From Octopus bimaculoides (lineage: Eukaryota), in NCBI RefSeq assembly GCF_001194135.2, contig NC_068981.1:19216816-19280815 (forward strand): a stretch of DNA of 64,000 nucleotides, written 5' to 3'. The position numbers and the translations under genes were made by a program. The notes under the pieces are model-generated. The model saw only the letters and a program-made list of their open reading frames with translations, had not been told where the DNA came from and did not search any database. Below are positions 26,388 through 38,470 of this stretch, piece after piece. Positions within the stretch are counted from its first letter, which is position 1. Every line of letters starts with the position of its first letter.

Positions 26388-27534
26388 ATATTATAAGGAG
26401 TGACCGTTGATACTAATAAAGAAATCTTCTTCCACACATTCACATACAAACACCAGCACATACGTACATGCACTCATACATGGATTGATATACGCATGCA
26501 TACATCTTTTGAAGACTAATCCATCTAAATGACTTTGTAAGCTTCAAAACAAATATGATCAGAAGGAGCGAGGTCCGAGAAATAAGGCAAGTGGAGGATT
26601 TTTTTCCATACAAGTTCTTCATTTTTTTTCTGCCGTAATTTTTGCAGCGTGAGGCTTTGCATTATCATGATGAAAAACCACTCACGATTCACCAAAGCAG
26701 GCCTATTTTTCAACAAAACAACATTGTTGCCAATAGGTGTGAGCAGTAATTGCTGCATTAGTCGGTCGCAACTCGAAGTAGATGACTCCAATGCAATCCT
26801 ACCAAACAGGAAGAAAAACCATTTCTTTACAGAGGGTCCTTTTTGGGTTGTAGATTAGCCTGTTCTTCGCAACCAACCCATTATCATAAAAAATTCATTT
26901 TTCATCACCAGTTGCAAATCTATCCAAAAATGGTGAGATAAGTTCACGAAAGTGAAGAGATGAGAAGATGTCCACTCATGATTTTCGTTTGGCTTCTGTC
27001 AAGTCACGGAGAACCCATTTTCTGAGTTTGAGCACATTTCCAAGCTGTTGAAGATGCGAGTAAACAGTTGAATAGCTTTAATTGAGATTATTTACCAATT
27101 CTTCAACTGACACAAAATTATCCGTCTCAAGTGCTGACAAAAGAAGTCCATCACCAAATTCAACAGAGCGTCCTATTCATGGCTTCTCTCTTAGGCTGAA
27201 ATTAACATTTTTGACGATTGCAAATCATCTTCTGCAACTTCTTTCGTTCAAGCACTCTTTCCCATAAACAGAATGGATATTTCGGGTTGCTTTTGCTGCA
27301 ATGTTTCCCCGTTTGAACTCATAAAGCATTATGTACTTTAAATGTTCCTTCGATATGTCTATCTTTGAGGAGTTAATATTAGTAATTAATTCAATCAGAT
27401 TATTTTGTAAAAATAAATTACATCAAATTAATGGTTTCCAGTTTCATATACGTATCAATCAATACCATTTGGCATTTTAGAATACTGTAAAATTTGATGG
27501 AAATTACGTAATGACATTCCGGACATTATTTATA
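26388..27534 (-). mobile_element. mariner (DD34D-type) transposase relic
   Basis: N-terminal LYEFKRGNIAAKATRNIHSVYGKECLNER and catalytic RPALVNR...HLPYFSDLAPSDH, a decayed form of the HPPYSPDLAPSDY motif. Confidence 0.9.
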
Positions 27535-27591
27535 GTATGACCTGATACATACATACATACATACATACATACATACATACATACATACATA

Positions 27592-27955
27592 CTAAAAAGG
27601 AGTACTGGTGGAATGTCCCAGTGAAGACCTCAATAAAATGTAAGCACAACAGACCTGATATAATGGTTTGGGATGGAGAAGAGAAACAGTAAACAGTTGT
27701 GGAAATTATCTGCCCAGTGGATGTTAACATAAAGCTGAAGAACAGTGAAAAAGAGAATACCTACACTGAACTATTGAGAAATCTGCAGTTACTCTATCCA
27801 GGGCTCTGGGATATGTAACACACTGTCTAAATACCAATTTTGAGAAATTAGGCTTCTCAAAACCAGAAAGGAGAAAGCTAATTCGAAGATAAAAGATCCA
27901 ATCCATCACTAGAACTGTAAAAATCTGTAAAACTTTCCAGAAGTTTATCACTTAA
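27592..27955 (+). mobile_element. REL-endonuclease LINE 3' fragment (second subfamily)
   Basis: EYWWNVPVKTSIKCKHNRPDIMVWD..VVEIICPVDVNI..KENTY. Confidence 0.8.
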
Positions 27956-28826
27956 ATATATGTATGAGCATGTCTAGATATGCAAATATATGCATGAGAA
28001 TACATACATAAAGCAAAAACATACAAATCTGCACACATGCATACATAGTACGTACGTACATGCATGCATGCATGCATACGTACATACATACATACATACG
28101 TACATACATACAAAAATACCTTGTTGTTGATGTTGGAATTCCAATGAATGAGCCTTAGATCTAGGAGTTTAGCATTTCAAAGAAACCTGAACATATACAT
28201 ACATGCATGCATGCATACATACATACATACATGCATACATACATACACGCATACATGGGGACGTTTGTGCGTGCATGCGTACTAAGGATTTCGGTAAATA
28301 CCACTTATCGAGGGCTTTCATGCCCTTCAAGGATTCATCATAAATAGTGGGTTATTGAAAATTTATCCCTTTTATATATGTGAGTTACTTCAAAAAAGGC
28401 AAGATTTCAATTTGTTTTCTTGGCTTTTTGAGAAAGAATGTTTTGGAATTGGTTATTTGAGATGTTGATGGCCATTTTGAATCTGTGTGTGTAATTGTAT
28501 GTGTACATGTATGTGCAAAAAAAAAATGTGTGTGTGTGTGTATGTATATGTGTGTGTGGGGGGAATTTTAAAAGAAAGTATATATTAGAGATCTGTGGAG
28601 GTTTGGTTAGAGAAGGAAGAAAAAATTATTAAAAATGAAGAAATAGCGAAATAAAGAGGTGTTTTCTGGGATGGTTGATTTGATGACAGGTCAAAAGAGA
28701 CCAAGCAGTTTATTAGTTGCAATAAATTGTTGCTTGTTTTAGTCACTGAACGACTGACAGTATTTTTGGTTAACTATTAGGCTGCTTAGCTAGAGAATCC
28801 AACATATTGTTTGGGAACGCTTTTAA

Positions 28827-28862
<36 letters not shown>

Positions 28863-29004
28863 AATATGTGTTGATTTTTCCAGTAATTTGGGTAACAGTA
28901 ATGAGAACATCATTGATAATATCTAGAGATTATTTAGTTTGGCTCATCTGGAAAAGTAATTGTTTGTAATAAAAATTTCTCATGTTTTTATATGTATATA
29001 CATT

Positions 29005-29560
29005 TTATACGTTTATTTTCAGTGAAATTTTTTTTATAAAATGTATTTCTATTTCTTTCCAGTATTTTGGGTCATCCCTTAGGGATTTGTGGTAAGGAAA
29101 GCTCTTGAATCTTTTGTTTCTACATCTTTCTAGACGTTTCCTCAGTGGAGTCTTACCTAATTCTACTTGCCTAATATACTGTCTATGAATTCTTGAATGT
29201 TGACAAAGTCTCGCTAATATATTTCTCTTTGCAAATGGGACAAGTTCTATTAGACTTTCTATTTTAGAATTAATGTTTACGAGTATTTGGAAGGAAAATC
29301 CACTTTTAAATTTTATTTGAAAACCAGTATGCAAATATTTGAAATTATTGTTGTTACTGCACATCTATTGTCTCTAACAATTTCACCTATTCTTTCAGTT
29401 TCCTTTTCTCTCATTGTTGTTTACATTTTTATATCATCTTGCACTTTATTTAGATTCAGAATTGCAAAATCATTTGCATCTTTCTTTCACATAATTACAT
29501 TTATATTTAAAATCACATTTCTTTAATTTCTCTTCTATTTAAAATTACTTTATTATTCAT
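29005..29560 (-). mobile_element. Penelope-like GIY-YIG endonuclease fragment
   Basis: RIHRQYIRQVELGKTPLRKRLERCRNKRFKSFPYHK..WKEIEIHFIKK, parallel to the GIY-YIG at 33865-34130. Confidence 0.75.
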
Positions 29561-30001
29561 TCGTGGCGCATCGTTAATAAATCGGAAAATTACATTTGAT
29601 CGTGACTATAATTTGAACTTACACCCACTACATTTGACTTCCCGCTTCAATTAATTTAAAAAGAAACGACAAAGGATAAAAGATAGAGAGCGTCAGACAA
29701 GGAGAAGAGGTGGTAATGGCATGAGAACCAGCAAGGCGGTAAGGGAAGTTTAAAGAGAGGGTGTGAAAGAAATGCCGGTAGTGTTTGTTACAGCAATGGA
29801 GAGGAAGAAAAGACAATGAAAGAGCGATGAAAGAAAGAGAAAGCAAAGGATAAAGTGGGGAAACTGGATGAAGTAAAGATTTCAACAAAGAGCAGTAAGA
29901 AGCAAGAAAGTAAAACACAATGATACAGCACTGTGGTTACAGAAGAGAATAATCGATAGCTACATGCGAAAGTAAGTGGGGGAAGAGGAACATGCATACT
30001 C

Positions 30002-30041
<40 letters not shown>

Positions 30042-30532
30042 GTGTGTGTGTGTATGTGTGTATGTGTATCTTTCACCAATGTATATTGACTAAAGATATA
30101 AACACCAACGAGAAAACGGGTAAAAAACCGGTGGTTTAAGAACAAAGTCCTTTGATATAGACTGAGTTTGAGGAAATCTCTTGTCAGTTTCGCCGACAGA
30201 AATACAATAAGTCAGCGATTGGTCTATTGGAAACATGTAACCAACCAACGACACTATCGATCAGAAACTGCGATATGAAATAAATAAACAAATATGATCC
30301 ATACTAATGCAGACACACGCTTACAATGATGCATGTATGATACAGCAACTCCTTTGCAGCTTCGCTAGTTTACATCATGCTGCACATGTCATGGCAGCAC
30401 ATCATAGAAAATACGTTTCTAACATTGCAGCACAGTGACACCAACTTGCATTTACTGAGACAGCATGTTTGAGGAGCGCACATTTTATCTACAGTTCATT
30501 GCAACTGATCTCACTGGCGATATTTCTTACAG

Positions 30533-30574
30533 ATGTTACTTTATGAATGTAGAGACGGTTGCAAAAAAGTTAAC
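30533..30574 (+). CDS. Candidate 42-nt exon (phase 2: CYFMNVETVAKKL; phase 0: MLLYECRDGCKKVN)
   Basis: ATTTCTTACAG acceptor, AC|GTAAGC donor, unique sequence. Confidence 0.35.
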
Positions 30575-30922
30575 GTAAGCTTCTGTAGTTACGTACTTAC
30601 GTGCATATCTATGTTCGTACATACGCACACACGCTCGATCACATACAACATACATGTACATAGACTTGTATTTATGATGTTTGTATATATATACATGTAT
30701 ATAAATGCACACACATACACACACACACACACACGCACACGCGCATATATATATATGCTAGGCGCAGGAGAGGCTGTGTGGTAGGTAGCTTGCTTACAAA
30801 CTACATGGTTCTGAGTTCAGTCTCAATGCGTGGCACCTCGGGCAAGTGTGATCTACTATAGCCTCAGGTCGATCAAAGCCGAGTGAGTGGATTTCATAGA
30901 CAGAAACTGAAAGATGCCCATC

Positions 30923-30995
<73 letters not shown>

Positions 30996-30997
30996 CG

Positions 30998-31721
30998 TGT
31001 AGTGGATCTTGCAGGCATGAAGTGGATTCGATCCACCATAACCAAATTTAAATTAACAGTTCAACAGAACTTTTCTCACGGTGGAACAATAATCTTTCTG
31101 AGACAGTTTGTATTTGCCAGATGCCTTTAGCTAGGCCGAAATAATGTCTCTATCACGTGACACTTTCTAACCTCTCCTAGACCACCAAAAGCTAGAATTA
31201 AGATAACAAGACCACCAACGAAATCTCAACGATATGTCTATCTTTCTGGATAGTTATAAAAGCAAGAACCTCAAGCAAAAATCAGTTAGTCACTTAGTGA
31301 TAACTCAGTTAATCAGTTGGCAACAACTCGCGAGTTGAGAGAGAGCTGACATCAGTTAGTGAACAGACCACTAGAATCATGGCCACAAGCAGGTAGACAA
31401 ACAGCCAGAGGGGAAAAAAAAGAAGTTTAGAATCAACGACTATACGAGACCCAACTTCCCACACTCTCTCACTTTCACTAACTCACTTTGTCTTCTCTGC
31501 ACATTACCATATTTCTCTCTATGGTTTACTACTACAATAAGAACATACAAACTGAAATTAACCTTTTTACTGCGCATGCTCTACGATTTCATCACCTGCC
31601 CGTCGAGGCAAGGTATATTCGATGTAAGGGTACATAAATATTTCCTTAAAACTTCAATCACCGTTCTTTATTTTTACATAATGGCAATCAACGAAGAACC
31701 AATCCATATAAACCGATTACA
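30998..31721 (+). mobile_element. Probable solo LTR (about 720 bp)
   Basis: Starts TGTAGT, ends ATTACA; TATAAAAG at about 31256 followed by TCAGTT Inr-like motifs; inserted between microsatellites; TSD only if CGCG/TGCA reflects CpG decay. Confidence 0.45.
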
Positions 31722-31734
31722 TGCACACACACAC

Positions 31735-31786
<52 letters not shown>

Positions 31787-31816
31787 NNNNNNNNNNNNNN
31801 NNNNNNNNNNNNNNNN

Positions 31817-31852
<36 letters not shown>

Positions 31853-32394
31853 CATAATGTAAGCATGGTAAAATATATCCGATATAAAGGTGGATAGTGT
31901 GAATAGTTACGTTTGTACTATCAAAAGTTTATAGTCTATTTAGAAATTCGCACTACGCTGGACTGTTCACAATTGAAGAGTAGAAAAACTTGTGGCCTTG
32001 GAAAGGTATGTGAGGGCTGGTGATAAGTGTCTTTGAAAACGAAGTTTAAATTTATAGAATTCGTTCTACAAAAGATAATTATTGTACGTGCGTGTAAATA
32101 AATTGGTTGCAGTTATCCGTAAGTGTTTTCAGGTTTGCTATCAACAGATTTCAATGAAAGTATTAAAGTGAGTTTAAATTATTTTGAGATGGCCTTTGTA
32201 CTTGTTCGAACGACAGGTCTTAATTGTTATCGATGTTAAAAAAGATTTTAAATTTTTCGGATGGTTAATTATAAAAGTTTAGAAGTCAAACTTTTAAAAA
32301 CTGAGATTAGCTATTGTGTTATAAATTGAGCAAATATCTGTATTATCTCTATGGTGACCAGGAAAAAAATCACAATTAATTTATAGGATCCGGA

Positions 32395-32500
32395 CAAAAC
32401 CCCCGAGGACAAAGTCCCCTGTGACTTTTTTTCCTCTGACTTTTTTCCGTGACTTTTTTCTGTGACTTTTTATCCGTGACTTTTTTTTTTTTATCTGGAT
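32395..32500. repeat. Short tandem GTGACTTTTTTCC array next to GGACAAAACCCCC motifs (possible DNA-transposon end)
   Basis: About five 12-14-bp units read directly. Confidence 0.5.
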
Positions 32501-33265
32501 TTATATAAGGAAACAACCTTCATTTACACACGAAAAATAAACATGCAATGATATATATATATATATATATATANNNNNNNNNNNNNNNNNNNNNNNNNNN
32601 NNNNNNNNNNNNNNNNNNNNNNNNNNNNNNNNNNNNNNNNNNNNNNNNNNNNNNNNNNNNNNNNNNNNNNNNNNNNNNNNNNNNNNNNNNNNNNNNNNNN
32701 NNNNNNNNNNNNNNNNNNNNNNNNNNNNNNNNNNNNNNNNNNNNNNNNNNNNNNNNNNNNNNNNNNNNNNNNNNNNNNNNNNNNNNNNNNNNNNNNNNNN
32801 NNNNNNNNNNNNNNNNNNNNNNNNNNNNNNNNNNNNNNNNNNNNNNNNNNNNNNNNNNNNNNNNNNNNNNNNNNNNNNNNNNNNNNNNNNNNNNNNNNNN
32901 NNNNNNNNNNNNNNNNNNNNNNNNNNNNNNNNNNNNNNNNNNNNNNNNNNNNNNNNNNNNNNNNNNNNNNNNNNNNNNNNNNNNNNNNNNNNNNNNNNNN
33001 NNNNNNNNNNNNNNNNNNNNNNNNNNNNNNNNNNNNNNNNNNNNNNNNNNNNNNNNNNNNNNNNNNNNNNNNNNNNNNNNNNNNNNNNNNNNNNNNNNNN
33101 NNNNNNNNNNNNNNNNNNNNNNNNNNNNNNNNGACAACGTTAATTTGATGGAAAGAGTGAGCTAATGTGTGGCACGAACATTTGATCACTATAAGCAAAT
33201 CATTTGTACAAGACGTTTGGCAAAAGCTGAAAGCTCATACGTCGTCTTCGACGGGAGAGTCCATT

Positions 33266-33296
<31 letters not shown>

Positions 33297-33511
33297 GTAG
33301 CTATATATGTATATATATAGTAGAACTTTAAACCCCGAAACAAGATTACTTTTACTGACTTTTCTCTTGACTTAGCCAGTACTTTCCTGCTACCGTCATC
33401 ATGAGCACCTTTAGAATTGTTGTTGTTCGTGGTAGTGATCGCAGCAGTAGAAATAGTGCCTCTATTTAACTTGGGCTGGAATTTATTAACAAAATTCTTT
33501 TCTCTGATTGC

Positions 33512-34130
33512 TCTCTATTTCACTTGTTTTTTGTAGTTTGCCGAATGGAAACCGTATAAATATTTTCCGACCACATGTTGCTTGATGGTTACTCAAAGGT
33601 ATCTGACGGACATCTGGGTCTCTAATTTTCTGTCGGTGCACACGTGAACCTTCTGGTAGTTCATTTCCCAGTCTGGGCATTTGATGCAGTCAACTAAATT
33701 TCTGCTTTTGCACTTCATATTTGCGTTTGTGAATATTTTACCGGTTTTTGTGTTCATATATTGGCCGGTATGTATGAATTGTCATGTGCCACATCGGCTA
33801 TCATTGCGTTTAAATACAGTGAATGACTCGTCTTTGTTGCTAAGGTCAAACTTTGCCTTTGTTAATATATGAACACAAAACCGGGAAAATATTCACAAAC
33901 GCAAATATGAACTGTGAAAGCAGAAATTTAATTCACTGCATCAAATGCCCAAATTGTGAAGAACAATATGTGGGTCAGATTGGAAATGAACTATCAGAAC
34001 GTTCATGCGTGCACCGACAGCTAATAAGAGACCCAGATGTCCGTCAGATACCTTTGAGTAACCATCTAGCAACATGTGGTCGGAAATATTTATAAGGTTT
34101 CCATTCTACAAAATCCAAGTGAAATTGAGA
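33512..34130. mobile_element. Penelope-like GIY-YIG region present as head-to-head inverted duplication
   Basis: + arm: CESRNLIHCIKCPNCEEQYVGQIGNELSER..HRQLIRDPDVRQIPLSNHL; - arm the same with a deletion of about 25 bp; the spacer continues the minus copy (LTKAKF..RCGT*QFIHTG). Confidence 0.9.
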
Positions 34131-34772
34131 AAACACCAATCAACTTAAGTGATTTAGTAAAGCCACACATAACTTGATCAGAACACAGTTTGCAAAAATT
34201 AACATTCTGGGGCCTATTCAAATGTATTTAAGTCACACAGTTTAGCCATCTCACTACAGCTGTAAATTGTAAAGCATAACTGTCAGTACTACTACACGAA
34301 CGTGAAGATTGCATAGTTTAATGCATTAAAATACTAGTTCCTTCAGAATGGACATTTCATATTCTATCATTTCATTATATTACGTTATATTATATTATTA
34401 TAAGATTGCAAATAAAACGTGAAAATTAAAGCTGGAATTTCTTTGAGTAATATATATATATACACANNNNNNNNNNNNNNNNNNNNNNNNNNNNNNNNNN
34501 NNNNNNNNNNNNNNNNNNNNNNNNNNNNNNNNNNNNNNNNNNNNNNNNNNNNNNNNNNNNNNNNNNNNNNNNNNNNNNNNNNNNNNNNNNNNNNNNNNNN
34601 NNNNNNNNNNNNNNNNNNNNNNNNNNNNNNNNNNNNNNNNNNNNNNNNNNNNNNNNNNNNNNNNNNNNNNNNNNNNNNNNNNNNNNNNNNNNNNNNNNNN
34701 NNNNNNNNNNNNNNNNNNNNNNNNNNNNNNNNNNNNNNNNNNNNNNNNNNNNNNNNNNNNNNNNNNNNNNNN

Positions 34773-34807
<35 letters not shown>

Positions 34808-35479
34808 GTCATCATTCGCCTGCGAACTGGTGAATGACAGTTGTCTCAATGAATATATAAATACATACTTACACACACACAACCACACATACATATCATC
34901 ACACACGCACACACGTACTCACCCACATGTATGTATATACGTATGTGTGCATATGTGTGTGTATGTGTGTATGCATAGATATATTAGATTAGTTTAAATG
35001 AAGCCTTAATATTTTTAGAAGCCAGTGCAACGCAAATTGGAAATACTGCAGTGAAACAAAAGGAAAATAAAATATCACTTTACATTTCCCTTATATTTCG
35101 AAAACCTTGATATTTCAAAAGAAAATGAAGAATGGAGACAATCTGGTATTTATATATATATATATATGTAAAATGTATGTGTAATGAACAAACTGGTATT
35201 GTTATAATATCCAATGTATTTTGGATAGTTCGCTTCTATTGTTAACAGATGGGTTCAGTTTATTTATGTGGATAATCTTCTTAATCCTCAAATTACCAAT
35301 GTTCCGTTCTTTACTTTGATGGTAGACGTGATTTTTGTTGTACAGCATTTCTTCAAGAATTCCTTAATTGACAAATCTGTTTGTATGTATTCCTTGATGC
35401 AGATATATAGTTTTCGGATAATCCTACCGATGTAGCATCAATTTCAGTTCCTCCTGTGCTCTGGAGTATTTTGAGCAGC

Positions 35480-35790
35480 CATTGGTTTCTTTGGGCTGTA
35501 GTTTTCTCTGCGTCCGGCCATGCCGGTTATGAATGTTCTGTGCCTTGTAGTTTCGATATTCCTCTCTTTTTCCGTTCAGTGGTGTCCATTTGAAACCTTT
35601 ATTAGAATGGTGTTCTTCTAGTACATGACCCGCTAGTTTTAGTCTTCGTTCTGTGATTATACGGCTAAGTTGTCCTGTTTTGGCTCCTTTTTGAATACCG
35701 ATGTAAGATCCGCGTCATTGCAGACCACCATTCTGTTCACTTCATAGACCATCGAGCACATATTTACGTAAGTAATGGGTAAGCTTTCCA
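35480..35790 (-). mobile_element. RTE-clade LINE C-terminal fragment
   Basis: LSRIITERRLKLAGHVL..FKWTPLNGKR resembles RTE RRLRWAGHV..W.P..GKR. Confidence 0.7.
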
Positions 35791-35799
35791 CTGTGCACA

Positions 35800-36268
35800 C
35801 AACTAGCTGTCAACTAGGTATTGCCAGTCATAAATTTCCACAAGAACGGATTGAACTGTATAATTTTTATGTCCAATTCCAATCTAGAAATCGCCCTGTG
35901 GATTGCAGCAGTAGTTCCGTTGTCTAAATATGGCAGCCTCAAGAAGCACATACCGTCTCTGGAAGTATAAGACTTCCTTGGGGGATATTTTGGCAAGATG
36001 GCATTTGGTGAAAGATGATGTGTAGCTGTTGCCTAACAAAACATTTTTGAATCAGTTGGTATTGACCATTTTATCTCCTACCTCACTACAGTAAATTTTA
36101 TTTTGTTTGTAAACTGCCTTAGCTTTAGTGAGTACATCTGATTCATGCTGCACAAATAGGCTTCCTGCTGGCAGCTTCTCTATAAAAATTACACTGATTC
36201 CTCCTCTGTAATCTCGAGTTGGAAATCAAGCAGAGAGAGAGACAAAAAGGGAGAAAAAGACACAGGTG

Positions 36269-36349
<81 letters not shown>

Positions 36350-36900
36350 GATGTCGATGCGTTGAATTTCGAACTCGATGTGGTCGTCAATGTCGTTAAA
36401 TTTGTGATATATTTTGGTTTCCAGGTGGGAGAGATTCGGTATAAAGATATCGACTACATACATGGAGAATAAGCCAAAAGAGCAGGCCAGCTTTCAAGCT
36501 GGTTCTTGCTAGTAATGGCCTGACAAACCTGTTGGCTCCAACTCAAGGTTTCAACAAATAAAATTATGTAGCTGTAACAATTGACAAAGCGACAGAGGTG
36601 GGAAGAAAGTCTCTGTTCTAATATTATGAACATCTGTATTTAATGCGTACGATAGGGTTGGTATGTAGAAGAGTAATTAAAAAATTTATGTCAAAAGGTA
36701 ATCTCCAGCACGGTGTTGCCCTGGATAGCTAAATCTCTGTAAATAATGCCGTCACTATATATACATGGATCAGATGTAGAAGATCGATGTAGGAGACAAC
36801 CTTGAAAGTATAAGGGAGCTTATCAAAGCTGAAAACTACCTCACAAACATTTGGCCCCACTTCAATTCAAGGGTCACAAAACTAGATGTGTTCTTCATTG
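35800..36900 (-). mobile_element. Decayed Penelope-like RT fragment interrupted by (TC)n
   Basis: YVVDIF..KIYHKFNDIDDHIEFEI (YVDD-like region) and FLRLPYLDNGTTAAIHRAISRLELDIKII linker. Confidence 0.65.
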
Positions 36901-37029
36901 TATATGTATTACGTTGACCGAACTGAAGACAAGCCTTCTTCCTTTCTGATGTTTCATTTTTGAGATACAATAAACACCGACCAACAAGAGTATCTCTGCA
37001 ACATATAGGAGCCACGAGTTCTGGAAGAT

Positions 37030-37317
37030 TGTTAACAACGGTAACATGAAGAAAATATATTTTATAGATTTAGATTTGGAACTTTATTTTACCAAATGGA
37101 AAATGTTACTACTGTCCTCACTATTTAGCCATTACTCAATGGTGTTGCTAAAGTGTGTTCCACCAGGACCAGCTTTTGAGATGGCACCCTCCTACCGTTA
37201 CGCAAGTTTACACAGCAGTCACCAAAGTGCCACCTCCATAAAAGTAGCGTCCAGGGCGGACCGCCCACCACAGTTACGCTACAACTCCTCCACGCCATAC
37301 AACTCCCGTTGGTAACA
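37030..37317 (-). mobile_element. Probable solo LTR (288 bp)
   Basis: Minus strand starts TGTTACC and ends GTTAACA, has AATAAA near its 3' end, is GC-rich and is flanked by GAT on both sides. Confidence 0.55.
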
Positions 37318-37371
37318 GATTTGAACATCAGAAAAAAATAACTATACACAACAATATATTAAAGTAGTTGA

Positions 37372-37757
37372 ATGCTGTCAACTTAATGTGACAGTCCCAT
37401 GAAGGGAATAATACTACTGCTATTTAGCCCAAGGAAGCAGCACCGCTTCCTGTCGACCTTGACACATTTCCTGTGTCCTTATGTTTACAAGGGGGAGAAA
37501 TCAGTGAATGTGTTTCACTCGAATTATTATGTTTACGAGAGCTTGACAGGCATCTTCAACTAGCAGGCCATTGCTACTCCAGACTGATGACGAGCAAAGA
37601 TTCAGAAACATGTCTCTGGATGCAGGCTTAGCTAAGCGGAGGTGCTTATCTCCCCCTTGTAAACATAAGGACACAAGAAATGTGTCAAGGCCGAAAGGAG
37701 GCGATACTGCAGTAATATTATTCCCTTTATGGGACTGTTACATTAAGTTGACAGCAT
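37372..37757. repeat. Long inverted repeat (37372-37503 / 37645-37757) enclosing a hammerhead
   Basis: ATGCTGTCAACTTAATGT.ACAGTCCCAT.AAGGGAATAATA...GTCCTTATGTTTACAAGGGGGAGA matches its reverse complement, with one indel of about 17 bp. Confidence 0.9.
37578..37620 (+). ncRNA. Minimal type I hammerhead ribozyme motif (Penelope type)
   Basis: UCCAGA-CUGAUGA-CGAG(CAAAGA)UUCA-GAAA-CAUG-UC|UCUGGA: 6-bp stem I, intact core, palindromic ACAUGU stem III, GUC triplet; closing pair of stem II is C-A. Confidence 0.8.
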
Positions 37758-38161
37758 ACAACTACTTTATCGCATCACTACTGCATAAATCTCTCTGAGT
37801 GATTTAGAAATGTACTATTTCTATTTTAACAATATATTAACATTTTGTTTATCCCAGTGGAATCAGGGAATCAGTTTGTCAATAATAACGAATGCACTGG
37901 TTCTATTTCACTTCTTTTATTATCATTATTAGTCAAGCTAAGTTAGTTACCTGGCAGAATCGTTACCACGTCGGAGAAAATGCTTAGCAGTAGTTCTTCC
38001 GGCTTCACGTTCTGATTTCAAATTCCGCCAAGGTTGACTTTACCTTTCATCCTTTCGAGGTCGATAAAATAATTACCAGTTTAATATTAGGGTTGATGTA
38101 ACCGAGATTTCATTCCATCAATATTGCTCGCCCAGTGCTAAGATCAGAAAGAATTATTATT

Positions 38162-38436
38162 AGTCAACGTGTTAACCATTTAACCAAACAACAATCGATT
38201 TTTTTTCTATTAATCGTGCGGTCATTCAATCAGCTAAGTTTGTCAAAGTCTTTTCATCACCATTCGCGACCTCATCAAGGGCATTCCTCTTTGACTGCAG
38301 GTCTGCTTCGGATCTCGATGAATCGCAAATGACAACGAACAAACTCTGACAATCCGAGCTGATTGATTGTTTGATTAACCGACCGATTAATCGAAAGATC
38401 GAGTAATTAATTGGTTAAATGGTTTAACTAGTTGAC

Positions 38437-38440
<4 letters not shown>
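38162..38440. mobile_element. Old MITE-like element with degenerate about 75-bp inverted ends
   Basis: AGTCAAC..TTAACCATTTAACCAA...AATCAGCT versus AGCTGATT...TTGGTTAAATGGTTTAACTAGTTGACT. Confidence 0.5.
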
Positions 38441-38464
<24 letters not shown>

Positions 38465-38470
<6 letters not shown>

